A stretch of 64,000 nt of DNA, taken from positions 21,367 to 85,366 of IMG/VR virus record IMGVR_UViG_3300017992_000015; one strand, given 5' to 3'. Position 1 is the first letter of the stretch. Every line of letters starts with the position of its first letter. This document shows, one piece after another, positions 36,267-45,696 of this stretch. Made by a program: the position numbers and the translations under genes. Origin of the DNA: a virus. Its lineage: Duplodnaviria; Heunggongvirae; Uroviricota; Caudoviricetes. The notes below the pieces were generated by a model, which worked only from the letters and a program-made list of their open reading frames with translations, was not told the DNA's origin and did no database searches.

Positions 36267-38083
36267 TCCTCTGCCTCTCGCGAAGTGGGCGCCAAATCCG
36301 GGTGTGACATGACACCCAGGTCGTCCCAGTTCTGTGCGTAGATTTGCTGCTCTTCGGCCGCATCGACAGTCGCCAACTCCTTGCTGGTCAGGCGACGACG
36401 CACGCTGCGCGCATTGGCGGGCAGCCGCATCATGCAGTTCCAGCAGAAGACGCCCATGAAGTGCTGTTGCACGAGATTGTGGTACGCCTCGTAGAAGTCC
36501 TTCTTGTGCATATGCGCGTCCTGCGTCGCATCTGTGTGCAGATACTCGTGCAGGAGCAGCGTAGCGTAGCGCCACCAGCTGGAAGGCCCGACCTTGACAG
36601 CAGCAATCACCCGGCGGTTGATCGCAATGAACGTACGGCCGTCGGTCCACGAATCGAACGGACCGATGCCGACCACAATGCGCCGCTGCGCGTTGCGGTT
36701 CTGCTGGACATTGACACGGCAGGCTGCCCAGTGGATGTTGCTGATATTGGCGCTCATAGTCGCCGTGGCGATGCGTTCGAGGCGTGTCATCTTGTTCGCG
36801 TCGATGACCGTGTTCGATCCTTGCATCGTCTTCACGATCTTGTCCGCATCGACGTACTTCAGCCGGACGTCGTTTGCGTACTTGCCGAACTGCTCGTCGA
36901 ACGTGGCGTTGATGTTCTCGACTAGCTTTTCCGGGAACTCCGGTTTCCATCCCCAGCGGTTGAACATGACGGGATCGAGCACGACCGCCAGGCGGTGATC
37001 CGCCAGCGATTTGGGTAGGCTCGAGTACGCCGGTGTCTCGTCTGGGAGGAACGTGACGTTCCCCTTGGCGATCTTGTATACGGCGGAGATCGTCGAGTGC
37101 GTTTCCTTACGCCACATCGTGAAGACCTTGGCGGCCTTCATCTGGCGCTTGTTCAACGACCCGTCTTTCATCTCGCGCACGACGCGGCAGCGGTCCTGCT
37201 CGGTCAGCGTCGGACGCCGCCGATTGGTTGCCCGGGCACGTGTGCGCGTCGGGGTATTCCGTTGCCGGCCGGCCGTTTCTTGCTGGGCCAACGTCCGTGC
37301 GTTGACGTGGTCGCGCACGGTCTTTCTGATCGCCTGCCACGTCTCACAGCTGTCCATGACGTCGTTTCGGGCGAAGTTCACGTCCAGCTGCTTTTTGGAC
37401 ACGATGTCGCCGCCGGTGCCGTACCGGTAGCGCGGGTAAGAGCAGACACGGATGCCCTGGTTGAACAGCTCCAGGTTCCCGTTGTCACGCCACTTGAAGT
37501 CCGCCTCGGCCGTCGAGAGGTCCCAGGCGATCTTGTCGGGCTTCTTGTTGAACTGCTTCTCGTCGCCATTCAGATGGAACGGGATCTGGACGAACTTGAT
37601 GTTCTTCTTGATCTCGTCGAGGATCTCGTTGTGCTGGACATGCGACAGCGGCCGATAAAGCTCCACTGTCACGATGCAGCCGTTGTGATACTCGAGGCCA
37701 GATCGTAGCTCATAATCCAGGCCGTTCTCCTCAATATCGACGATCATCTCGAACTCGCCGGACCGCCAGACGTTACGCCCGAAGGCGAACAGCTGGCCGC
37801 GGCCCATGCGGTACTGTCCAAAGACTTTCTGCTCTCTTTCTTCGTGCGGTTTGCCGAAGACTTCGAAGAAGTTCTCAATGTCCGCCTTGGACCGGAACCC
37901 CTTTCCGTTATCGCGAATCTGCACCATCTGTGGCGTGCAATCGATCTCGCACTTGCGGGCGGCAGCGTCGATGACGTTCTGCCCGCCTTCCACAACGGCT
38001 TTCCACAGGCTGCCTGCCTGCTTCTTGATCACGCTGACCAGCAAACTCTGGTCCATCTTGAAACTACGTGTCTCCGTCGGCAT
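36263..38083 (-). CDS. GHKL-family (HATPase_c) ATPase domain protein with C-terminal HExxH motif
   Basis: N-box/G1 motifs LVSVIKKQAGSLWKAVVEGGQNVIDAA...IRDNGKGF; C-terminal LLLHEYLHTD; start Met43 (GAGG SD) or Met52. Confidence 0.55.
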   Translation of the reverse strand: MPTETRSFKMDQSLLVSVIKKQAGSLWKAVVEGGQNVIDAAARKCEIDCTPQMVQIRDNGKGFRSKADIENFFEVFGKPHEEREQKVFGQYRMGRGQLFAFGRNVWRSGEFEMIVDIEENGLDYELRSGLEYHNGCIVTVELYRPLSHVQHNEILDEIKKNIKFVQIPFHLNGDEKQFNKKPDKIAWDLSTAEADFKWRDNGNLELFNQGIRVCSYPRYRYGTGGDIVSKKQLDVNFARNDVMDSCETWQAIRKTVRDHVNARTLAQQETAGRQRNTPTRTRARATNRRRPTLTEQDRCRVVREMKDGSLNKRQMKAAKVFTMWRKETHSTISAVYKIAKGNVTFLPDETPAYSSLPKSLADHRLAVVLDPVMFNRWGWKPEFPEKLVENINATFDEQFGKYANDVRLKYVDADKIVKTMQGSNTVIDANKMTRLERIATATMSANISNIHWAACRVNVQQNRNAQRRIVVGIGPFDSWTDGRTFIAINRRVIAAVKVGPSSWWRYATLLLHEYLHTDATQDAHMHKKDFYEAYHNLVQQHFMGVFCWNCMMRLPANARSVRRRLTSKELATVDAAEEQQIYAQNWDDLGVMSHPDLAPTSREAEE

Positions 38084-38531
38084 TTCCTCTGAGCACGATG
38101 CGTCGCGGCCGCCGTTCAGGCTGCACTTCCGCTTTTGCAACGCGCGCTTCCTCCTCGTGGGTGTGATATGTGGGATGTCTGTACACCTGCTCGACCGAGC
38201 GGCCAGCAAGCTTATCGATCCGTACGATCGACCCAGTCAGGACCAGCGGCCCCTCCTTCGTAGACGGCGTCGCGAGCATCATCAGGCCCTGTGGCTCCTC
38301 GTTGTTGAGTGCCACAGTGCCTTCGTCGTACTCGCCCCAGCAACGCCCTGTGATGGTGTTACCGTAATGGACACGGTAGCGGACGTTCTCGTGCCAGTCG
38401 CGGTCGCTGTCGGGCGTCCGGTTGAGCTGGGCTTCGAAGAACTTGATGATGGCAAGCGGCGTATCGTCCTCGTAGAGGTCTTTGTGATACGTCGCCAGCG
38501 TGGGATCAGTTGAAGTCATAGATGGTGGCAT
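38064..38531 (-). CDS. Hypothetical protein (155 aa)
   Basis: Well-formed ORF. Confidence 0.5.
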   Translation of the reverse strand: MPPSMTSTDPTLATYHKDLYEDDTPLAIIKFFEAQLNRTPDSDRDWHENVRYRVHYGNTITGRCWGEYDEGTVALNNEEPQGLMMLATPSTKEGPLVLTGSIVRIDKLAGRSVEQVYRHPTYHTHEEEARVAKAEVQPERRPRRIVLRGNADGDT

Positions 38532-39150
38532 CCTCCGGGAGGCCTGGGTATCGTTTGCACAGCGTTTCCATGGCGGTACTGTATGTCTCCTCCATGTCTT
38601 TGCGTGCTTGACGCGAAATCTCGTCGACCAGGACGTTCAAGTTGATCACGTCCCGGGCAACGAAGTGGAACTGCAAGGCAAAGCCGTTGCTGCGGTACTC
38701 GTCGAACGCTTTCCAGAGCTCGCGATGCGAGCGCCGGGATGCGGGGTTGTTTCCGCACGTTGCGACGGTTTGGGAATCGGTAACGATGTGCACCTGCATG
38801 TCACGGCCCAGTTGCTGGACCTCTTGTCGGCGGTTACGCCCTGGCCCGTCTCGGCCGGCGTACCACGATAGGGCATGCAGATACGGGAACATCTCGCCAA
38901 GAGTGACGGTCCCAGTGTTCATGGCGCCATAGAAGAGTTTGCGGGCGCCTGAGGACTGGTCGATGAGTACGGAGGCCCAGCCGGCCCCTTGTTTCCACCC
39001 GGTCCCAGACCCGTCACCCACTATCAGGGTGTCCCACGTCTGGATGTGCAGGTGTTTCAGGAGGTCGTCCAGCGTCGCTATCCCCTTGATCTGGGGTTTC
39101 TTCCGCTTGGTTCCCTTCCTGGTCTTTGGCTTTTGCGATGTGTTCGTCAA
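38506..39150 (-). CDS. rnhA: Ribonuclease H (RNase HI-like), start uncertain
   Basis: LIVGDGSGTGWKQGAGWA (DG-box), TNNRMEL-like NTGTVTLGEMF, VHIVTDSQTVA; N-terminal 45 aa overlap the next ORF in another frame. Confidence 0.6.
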   Translation of the reverse strand: MTNTSQKPKTRKGTKRKKPQIKGIATLDDLLKHLHIQTWDTLIVGDGSGTGWKQGAGWASVLIDQSSGARKLFYGAMNTGTVTLGEMFPYLHALSWYAGRDGPGRNRRQEVQQLGRDMQVHIVTDSQTVATCGNNPASRRSHRELWKAFDEYRSNGFALQFHFVARDVINLNVLVDEISRQARKDMEETYSTAMETLCKRYPGLPEDATIYDFN

Positions 39151-39436
39151 TTTGCGCCTTGAGGTTCGATAGAACGGTCTCGGCCACGGTGAACTTTTCC
39201 TGCAACGCTGCGGTCACAGTGCGCTGGAGCTTTGTGAGTTGCTTACCAGCCTTAGCGAGAAAGATCGGGTCGTCAGGCCCGATAAGCACGTTCGAGGGCT
39301 CGGACTCCGTAAGGCCGTCGGCGTAGATAAACGTGAATGCCACGCCTTCGACCTCCGGAATGTCCCTTAGAGTCTCCTCGCATGCGTCAACAGCAGCCTG
39401 AAGCTGCTCATTGAACGGTACTTTGCGTTCGGACAT
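39014..39436 (-). CDS. Hypothetical acidic protein (140 aa; start at Met15), 3' third overlaps RNase H ORF
   Basis: ATG at 39436 directly follows conserved element copy 3; 137-nt out-of-frame overlap with 38506..39150 unresolved. Confidence 0.35.
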   Translation of the reverse strand: MSERKVPFNEQLQAAVDACEETLRDIPEVEGVAFTFIYADGLTESEPSNVLIGPDDPIFLAKAGKQLTKLQRTVTAALQEKFTVAETVLSNLKAQIDEHIAKAKDQEGNQAEETPDQGDSDAGRPPETPAHPDVGHPDSG

Positions 39437-39437
39437 A

Positions 39438-39453
39438 TTATTCTCGTGAATAA
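39438..39453. repeat. Conserved inverted-repeat element, copy 3 (TTATTCTCGTGAATAA + GATTCTG flank) spanning stop of 39438..39833 and abutting ATG of 39014..39436
   Basis: Minus-strand reading GAATCTTATTCACGAGAATAATATG; 21/23 identical to copy 1. Confidence 0.55.
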
Positions 39454-39833
39454 GATTCTGCTTTCGCCTCGAGCGCATCCATCAGATACGTCGCGGCACT
39501 AGCAATGCATGCAGCAGCCAGTGCGTACACCGGCACGTAGAGGATTTCACCCCAGATGGCTGGAAGCCAATAGCCGGGGAGCCAGAAGAGTACCAGAAGC
39601 CAAAAGCAGGCCTGGCAGGTTAGGCAGAAACGACATTCTGCCAAGTATGCGATCTTCATACGAACCATTGACCAACGGGTGGGCATTTCGTACGAGCTGT
39701 GCTGGCGCATCGTGGGCGTTGCCCAGGCACGAAGCCAATCGCGCCAGCTTTCGAATAGCCCGCCGTCTTGCAACCACACGCTGACGAGGGTATGTGCCGC
39801 CATAGCGAGCACCAAAAGATCGATTAAAGTCAT
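39438..39833 (-). CDS. Integral membrane protein (131 aa; start at Met72)
   Basis: Multiple hydrophobic helices (LIDLLVLAMAAHTLVSVWL, CFWLLVLFWLPGYWLPAIW, VPVYALAAACIASAA). Confidence 0.45.
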   Translation of the reverse strand: MTLIDLLVLAMAAHTLVSVWLQDGGLFESWRDWLRAWATPTMRQHSSYEMPTRWSMVRMKIAYLAECRFCLTCQACFWLLVLFWLPGYWLPAIWGEILYVPVYALAAACIASAATYLMDALEAKAESYSRE

Positions 39834-40456
39834 TCTTCCCACTCTCCGCAGCCCTTCGCACTTGCGAAGCCTCTTGCTACATGGAAAAATCCGTAAAGAA
39901 CGAAGCCAATAATGATGGCTGGTACAAGCTTGAAAGGCCCGTCGAAGATGACGGCTCCAAGCAAGGCCAGCACGATCAACCATATGGCCACGCGAAACCA
40001 ACTTGCAAACATGGTTACTCTGTAGATCCAAGATGCCATGGGTCATTCTGAGTCGAAGACCTGTCCGGCGGAGGCCATCCGTCCCGTATCAATTCCGCCG
40101 GTGGTAGTGGCGGATCCAACGGGAGGGAGAAGATGGGATTATCCTCCGGGACTGTGGTCGGGACCGGTCGCCTGAATGTTGGCCGGAGACCCGCACGCTC
40201 AAGAAACAACCTCGCATTCATTGTTACTGCCATTAGCAGCTCCTCCCAGGCTGGAGTGTATCAGACTTCGCGTTTTAGCATGTCTGTGCTATCATGTCAC
40301 AGATAGCAGACCACCATTATGATCACCCAAGCGATCAAAACAGTGACCCAGAACGGGCGGGTTCGTCGAGCGACCTCGCCACAGAAGTGACCAGCAGCAT
40401 CGAACTTTGCAAGCTCGCGCTGACGATACCTCTCTACCTCAAACGGAGTTCTATCC

Positions 40457-42340
40457 ATGGATGTACCCTTTCAAGAACCTGAAGCACTGGCACGACTGCA
40501 GATGCGGATGAGGGCCGCATTCAGTCCCCAGAATATCGAGGAGTTGTCAGCTAACGAAAGAGTCAGGCTCTTCACGCAGCTGTTGCAGTCGGGCCGGTTG
40601 GACTCACTTGCCAACGGGCTCATGCTGCTCCTCAATCTCAAGGGTAAGCCGTACACCTTGGCGAACCACTTCCCCTTTGAAGAGATCTTCAGATTCCGTA
40701 TGCCGTCCGCCATAGTCTACAAGACGGGGCGGCAGGTGAGCAAGAGCACATCGCTCGCTGCCCACGGGGTAATCACATCCACCTCCATCCCGAACTTCAG
40801 CACACTCTACGTGATGCCGCTGTTCGAGCAGGTTCGGCGCTTCAGCACGATGTTCGTCCAGCCCTTCATCGACCAAAGTCCGGTGAAGTTCTTGTGGTCG
40901 GACACGACCACCGTGAACAGCGTGCTGCACCGCTCCTTCCGTAACGACTCCAAAATGCTCTTTTCGTTCGCATTCCTCAACGCTGACCGTGTCCGGGGTA
41001 TTTCCGCGGACAAAGTGGCCATCGACGAGGTCCAGGATATGAACCATGAACATATCCCGATCATCCGCGAAACGATGTCGGCATCCGACTGGGCGATCCG
41101 GCAGTTCACCGGCACGCCGAAGACGTTGGACAACACTCTAGAGGCCCTGTGGACCGAGTCCAGCCAGGCCGAGTGGTTTATTCCCTGTTTTCATTGTACC
41201 CAGAACGGCAAGCCGCGCTGGAACATACCGTCCATGGAGTTCCATCTCGAGAAGATGATCGGCGAGTATCACACCGACATCAGCGAGAAGTGCCCGGCGA
41301 CGATTTGTTATCATTGCGGCAAGCCGATTAGTCCCCGACTGGGGCGCTGGGTACACCGGCATCCCGACCGGGTATGGCTACAGGCGGGATACCATGTTCC
41401 ACAGGTGATCATGCCTTTGCACTATGCCAAGCCTGACAAGTGGGCTGAACTCCTCGCCAAGATGGCGGGCAAAGGCAACACGCCTGCGAACGTGTTTTGG
41501 AACGAGGTTCTCGGCGAGTCTTACGACACGGCCGCCAAACTCGTTACGCTGACTGAAATTGACCGGGTGTCTGACCTCGGGCCCAACACAGTTGCACGTG
41601 CCCGTGGTCGCTGCGGGCAATACAAATTTCGCGTGCTGGGCGTTGACTGGGGAGGGGGCGGTGAAAAGAAGATCAGCTTTACGACGATCGCTCTCCTTGG
41701 TGTGAAGCACGATGGCTCGATCGACGTACTGTGGGGCAAGCGGCTCCTTACACCCCACGACCACCTGCGCGAAGCCAAAGAGGTCAAACACTACTGGGAT
41801 ATCTTCAAGCCCGAGATTCTCGCACACGACTACACTGGTGCCGGCTCTCTGCGGGAGACGTTCCTGATTCAAGCGGGCATTCCGACTCGCAAAGTGATGC
41901 CCTGTCAGTACGTCCGCTCCGCTAACCAGCAGCCCTGCTACCACGTTGCTCCTACGATGCAGCATCCGCGTAGCCACTACCGTGTCGACAAGAGCCGAAC
42001 GCTCTTGCTGACGTGTGCGATGATCAAGTGCCAGAAGCTCCGTTTCTTCGACAAGGACTACAACTCCCAAGAGGATCCGGGCCTGATCCGGGACTTTCTG
42101 GCCTTGACCGAAGACAAAATCACCACGATGGCCGCCGGTGAGATCTACCGGATCACCCGGCAGGAAGGATTCACTGACGACTTCGCCCAGGCTGTCAATT
42201 TGGGCTGCGTGGCGGTGTGGTACCGCACCAAGCGGTGGCCACGACTCGACGAGCTCGCCTCCTACGCGATCACCGACGAACAACTGCGGGCATCGGTGCC
42301 GCTTACGGATGGTGAGTGGGATGACGAGCTGCTCGAGTAA
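40457..42340 (+). CDS. terL: Terminase large subunit (ATPase + RNase-H-like nuclease)
   Basis: Deviant Walker A YKTGRQVSKST, Walker B KVAIDEVQDM, C-terminal nuclease RVLGVDWGGGGEKK; 627 aa; isolated on plus strand after 410-bp non-coding region. Confidence 0.7.
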   Translation: MDVPFQEPEALARLQMRMRAAFSPQNIEELSANERVRLFTQLLQSGRLDSLANGLMLLLNLKGKPYTLANHFPFEEIFRFRMPSAIVYKTGRQVSKSTSLAAHGVITSTSIPNFSTLYVMPLFEQVRRFSTMFVQPFIDQSPVKFLWSDTTTVNSVLHRSFRNDSKMLFSFAFLNADRVRGISADKVAIDEVQDMNHEHIPIIRETMSASDWAIRQFTGTPKTLDNTLEALWTESSQAEWFIPCFHCTQNGKPRWNIPSMEFHLEKMIGEYHTDISEKCPATICYHCGKPISPRLGRWVHRHPDRVWLQAGYHVPQVIMPLHYAKPDKWAELLAKMAGKGNTPANVFWNEVLGESYDTAAKLVTLTEIDRVSDLGPNTVARARGRCGQYKFRVLGVDWGGGGEKKISFTTIALLGVKHDGSIDVLWGKRLLTPHDHLREAKEVKHYWDIFKPEILAHDYTGAGSLRETFLIQAGIPTRKVMPCQYVRSANQQPCYHVAPTMQHPRSHYRVDKSRTLLLTCAMIKCQKLRFFDKDYNSQEDPGLIRDFLALTEDKITTMAAGEIYRITRQEGFTDDFAQAVNLGCVAVWYRTKRWPRLDELASYAITDEQLRASVPLTDGEWDDELLE

Positions 42341-42387
42341 CTAACGTACATTCGTTCCGGCCTTGTTGTAGCAGGTCCGGCATAGGG

Positions 42388-42681
42388 TCACATGCTCAGT
42401 GTGTGTGTGCATGTCGGGATAATCTCGTCATCTTTCTCTGCGAAGACATATCCGCAGTGGTCGCAGTGGTCGGTCTGGTGGTTGGGATCCACACCAGCCG
42501 CTATGACACTGAGACTGCCTACGTGATCGTCCCGCACCCACGACCGCGGTAAGAGTTCGAGTTTACCTTCGGAATGCATCTGCACAGCTAACCATGCTAT
42601 CGGTAGGGGCACAAACTCCCCGTCCAGATTGCCGTGGCCGTCAAGTACAGAATGCTCCCGCAAATACGTCTCTACATCCAT
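42388..42681 (-). CDS. Hypothetical His/Cys-rich protein (97 aa)
   Basis: HQTDHCDHCGYVF...PTCTH metal-binding-like cluster. Confidence 0.45.
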   Translation of the reverse strand: MDVETYLREHSVLDGHGNLDGEFVPLPIAWLAVQMHSEGKLELLPRSWVRDDHVGSLSVIAAGVDPNHQTDHCDHCGYVFAEKDDEIIPTCTHTLSM

Positions 42682-42684
42682 AAT

Positions 42685-43281
42685 TCAAGTCCACATATAC
42701 CGGTGAATGTTGACGAGGCGGTGCATCATCTCCGCCTTCTCTTCTTCAACGAGCTGCTCGCGTTCGCTGCACTCCGAGTACAGCTTCGAGACAAACTCTT
42801 TCTTAGAAGCATCGTCGTACTGCGGGTCCCACTCGACGAGGTCGTCGCTGTCTCCGTACGGAACGAAGTGTGCTTTCAGATGCTGCTCGTCGATCGCGCG
42901 GATGCGATCGTAGATCATCTCCTCGGCTTCCGGGTAGGCCTTCATGTACTTCTCAGTGAACCACTCCCACAGGGCTTTCATCTCGTCCATGACGTAGACT
43001 TCCTCGCCATCGACTTCGATCTTGTGGCCGTGCTCGCCGTACCACTCGACATGGCCGGGCGAGCACTCCTTCTCGATGAACTCGCCCAAGATCTCGAACA
43101 TCATGTGCGGGAGTAGTTCACAGCGATCGCACCACGTATGGTCGAGATTGCGTGGCTTGATCGTGGTATACCTCTTCCAGGCCCAACATTTGAACCGGTA
43201 CCAGAGGTTTGATGGGTGCCACTTGGAGCGGCACAGGCGCTTGAGGCTCTTGAAAAAGTCCTCGTGCACAATCGATTTCAA
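42685..43281 (-). CDS. Hypothetical protein (198 aa)
   Basis: Well-formed ORF, Trp/His-rich. Confidence 0.5.
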   Translation of the reverse strand: MKSIVHEDFFKSLKRLCRSKWHPSNLWYRFKCWAWKRYTTIKPRNLDHTWCDRCELLPHMMFEILGEFIEKECSPGHVEWYGEHGHKIEVDGEEVYVMDEMKALWEWFTEKYMKAYPEAEEMIYDRIRAIDEQHLKAHFVPYGDSDDLVEWDPQYDDASKKEFVSKLYSECSEREQLVEEEKAEMMHRLVNIHRYMWT

Positions 43282-43529
43282 GCGTCTTCCTTTCTGTAGA
43301 CGAAGTCATCGCCGACGGCGTCAATAGTAAGATGTCCTGACGAGATGGCTGCGAGCATGCCTTCGAGGCCGAGGTCGGCAAACGTGATCTTGACGGTGTT
43401 GCGGGGCAAAACAATGTTGCCTCCGCCGGCCAAATGTTTGATGTGAGCCTCGCCGAGAGTTACGTTGCGGGGACTGGGTTCTCCGGCCGCAAAACATCGC
43501 AAATCGCGCCAGAATTTTCTCCATGACAT
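43278..43529 (-). CDS. Hypothetical protein (83 aa)
   Basis: ATGA overlap with upstream gene. Confidence 0.45.
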   Translation of the reverse strand: MSWRKFWRDLRCFAAGEPSPRNVTLGEAHIKHLAGGGNIVLPRNTVKITFADLGLEGMLAAISSGHLTIDAVGDDFVYRKEDA

Positions 43530-43541
43530 CGTATCCTCCTT

Positions 43542-43760
43542 TTAGTACCACCAAGGCCAAGCGGCCTCGGCCTTTTTGATGCGTTCCGCCTTGGTGCGTG
43601 TACGCCACCAGAGTTTCCAGGGGCCGATGTACACACTCACAAGGATGAAGTCCAAGCAGTCGACGCGGCTGAGCGCCAGGCCGAGCGAGAAGCGGTTGCG
43701 GCTGTAGTCGCTGCCGCACCGTTTCGTCCACAAGTCAGTGTCGATATACTCGACGCTCAT
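43542..43760 (-). CDS. Hypothetical protein (72 aa; start at Met35)
   Basis: Start shares one nt with stop of upstream gene (TGATG). Confidence 0.35.
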   Translation of the reverse strand: MSVEYIDTDLWTKRCGSDYSRNRFSLGLALSRVDCLDFILVSVYIGPWKLWWRTRTKAERIKKAEAAWPWWY

Positions 43761-44113
43761 CACGTTTGTCTCTCTTCTGGGACTGCGTGATCGTGGCAGT
43801 CGGTTCGCATGGAATCGGGCGAATGCCCGCACAGGAATAGCAAGCACCTGCCGCATGTCCATGTCTGGTCGGGCTCGAGCTCGTGCACCTCGGCTTTGTC
43901 GGGATACTGCTGGCGGAGCACCATAAGCTGCTCTTCGCCACGTTCGAGCATCGCTTCCTTGTAATCAGCGTCGACGGCGTGCGGCTCAGCACACCAGTTG
44001 CACACCAACGTCTCCGACTTGTCGTTTTTCGGCGTGAGGTCGATGTGTACGTTCAGTTCCGATCCGTCGTCGGACGGCGAGATGTCGGTACTGGTATCGA
44101 GTTCTTCGGACAT
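43760..44113 (-). CDS. Hypothetical acidic Cys-containing protein (117 aa)
   Basis: AGGAGG SD 5 nt upstream of ATG at 44113; first gene after 515-bp non-coding region. Confidence 0.5.
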   Translation of the reverse strand: MSEELDTSTDISPSDDGSELNVHIDLTPKNDKSETLVCNWCAEPHAVDADYKEAMLERGEEQLMVLRQQYPDKAEVHELEPDQTWTCGRCLLFLCGHSPDSMRTDCHDHAVPEERQT

Positions 44114-44552
44114 GTCGTCCTCCTTTCTATGAGAGCGCCGACCCGGGATCGCACCGGGCTACCGCAAGGCTGTGAAGCCACGGCTGTCGACTATTGACTC
44201 GGCACTGGCGGGCCCCTAACCCATATTGTCCTGACAGGGGGGGCCCTGGGTTCGGTTTAGCGTAAACGCAGATATGCACTGTCCACCGTTTAAGCCACGA
44301 GGTTAGTCTGAGTATGTTGAACGTATTAACATTATACGACCCGGCCCTTATGGGTAGCGTGTGGACAATAAGGAGGCCGGGACGGGAATCTAACCCGTAT
44401 ATTCAAAATGGGTTTCTCGTAGCGATTGATTGCACATCATGACAAACCTATGTGAGCCTAGGAGTAAGCTGTCGAAGTCTGCTGGGAGGGGACCTGCGTT
44501 TTCCAATTTCGCCACACGGACAGTCGAAAAAGTGCCCGCGTCAGGACTCGAA

Positions 44553-44574
44553 CCTAAAAGTGCGCAGAGCGCAC
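44553..44574 (-). terminator. Rho-independent terminator (GTGCGC-TCT-GCGCAC + TTTT) after gene 44629..45414
   Basis: Minus-strand reading GTGCGCTCTGCGCACTTTTAGG; immediately followed by tRNA T-arm-like GGTTCGAGTCC. Confidence 0.55.
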
Positions 44575-44628
44575 GGGTCCCTCTAACATAAATCTAAACC
44601 TGACTCTAAAGCTCTGTTATGCCTGCGC

Positions 44629-45414
44629 CTATGCCTCGCTGGGCTGTTGGGCTGCAGGCTTCACTCCCCGAAGGATCCAATCAAAGATCGGCTTGGCGAT
44701 CTTTCTCTCTTGCATTTCGGCCGTGTTGGCCTTCTGCACAGCTTCGCCGATTGCGTATTTGAATGCAATGGCGCGCGCCTCCATGGCCGCCACTTCGGCT
44801 GCCGGACGGCAGGACGTGGTCCAAACCGTTCGCCAGGTACCGATCGGGCGGTCCTCGGTGTACGTATGCGTCTGCGCCGGGTGGAATTCGGTGGGCTCGA
44901 CGACGATCTGGTGGCGGTGCACCTTTTCGGTCTTGTCCGTGAACTCCTCATCCGACACGTAGCAGTTTGCGTTGTCGTCCCACGTCCACGTACGGCTCAT
45001 CGAGAGCGTCGGGATGTGGCGGATGAGTGTGAGGATGTCGTCTGCTTTCTTCTGCAGCGGCATCAGCGTCGTGACGGGCACGCGCTCGGCGATGACGAAC
45101 GGGTCGCCGGCTTCGTCGCGGACCACGATGTCCGCTGCGGCCGTGCAGTTCGTCTTGTCGCAGCCCGCCATCATGTCGAAAAGTGCGGTCCACTCTTTCT
45201 CGACGCGGGCGACGAGATCGCGCGGGTCCTGCTTGATCGTCTGCCCCTCGCTGGGCAGCTGACGACCGTCTTCGTCCAGCGGCGTGTACGACTTGTCATA
45301 CCCACCGAAGGACTGCGAGACCTGCAGCAACTGGTACTGCTTGGTCACGACTTTTTCACAGTCGTTCTTCATCTTCTTGAGGGTGTTCACCCCCTGGCCC
45401 AGTAGTTTGGCCAT
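44629..45414 (-). CDS. Hypothetical protein (261 aa; start at Met43)
   Basis: Upstream track-ORF extension is compositionally non-coding. Confidence 0.45.
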   Translation of the reverse strand: MAKLLGQGVNTLKKMKNDCEKVVTKQYQLLQVSQSFGGYDKSYTPLDEDGRQLPSEGQTIKQDPRDLVARVEKEWTALFDMMAGCDKTNCTAAADIVVRDEAGDPFVIAERVPVTTLMPLQKKADDILTLIRHIPTLSMSRTWTWDDNANCYVSDEEFTDKTEKVHRHQIVVEPTEFHPAQTHTYTEDRPIGTWRTVWTTSCRPAAEVAAMEARAIAFKYAIGEAVQKANTAEMQERKIAKPIFDWILRGVKPAAQQPSEA

Positions 45415-45696
45415 CGTCTTTCTCCTTCTCGAACTCCTCCAAGCGCCCTCGGTCGCGCATCTCGAGTTCGTCTTTGCGTTTGAATCTACCCGAGGCGTTG
45501 CCCAGCCACCGAACGTCGGTGCACAGGGTGCAACGTACACTTTTCCGGCGTTTGCCGCCGGTTTTGCGTCGTCGGTTTCCCATGGTCAATCCCCATAGGC
45601 ATAAAGGATAGCATACGTCAGTACCAGCAGCGCCGGGATAAGCAGCGTGCCTATTAATACTGCCGCAAGCTGGTGGTGTTCCTTCATCTTAGTCTC

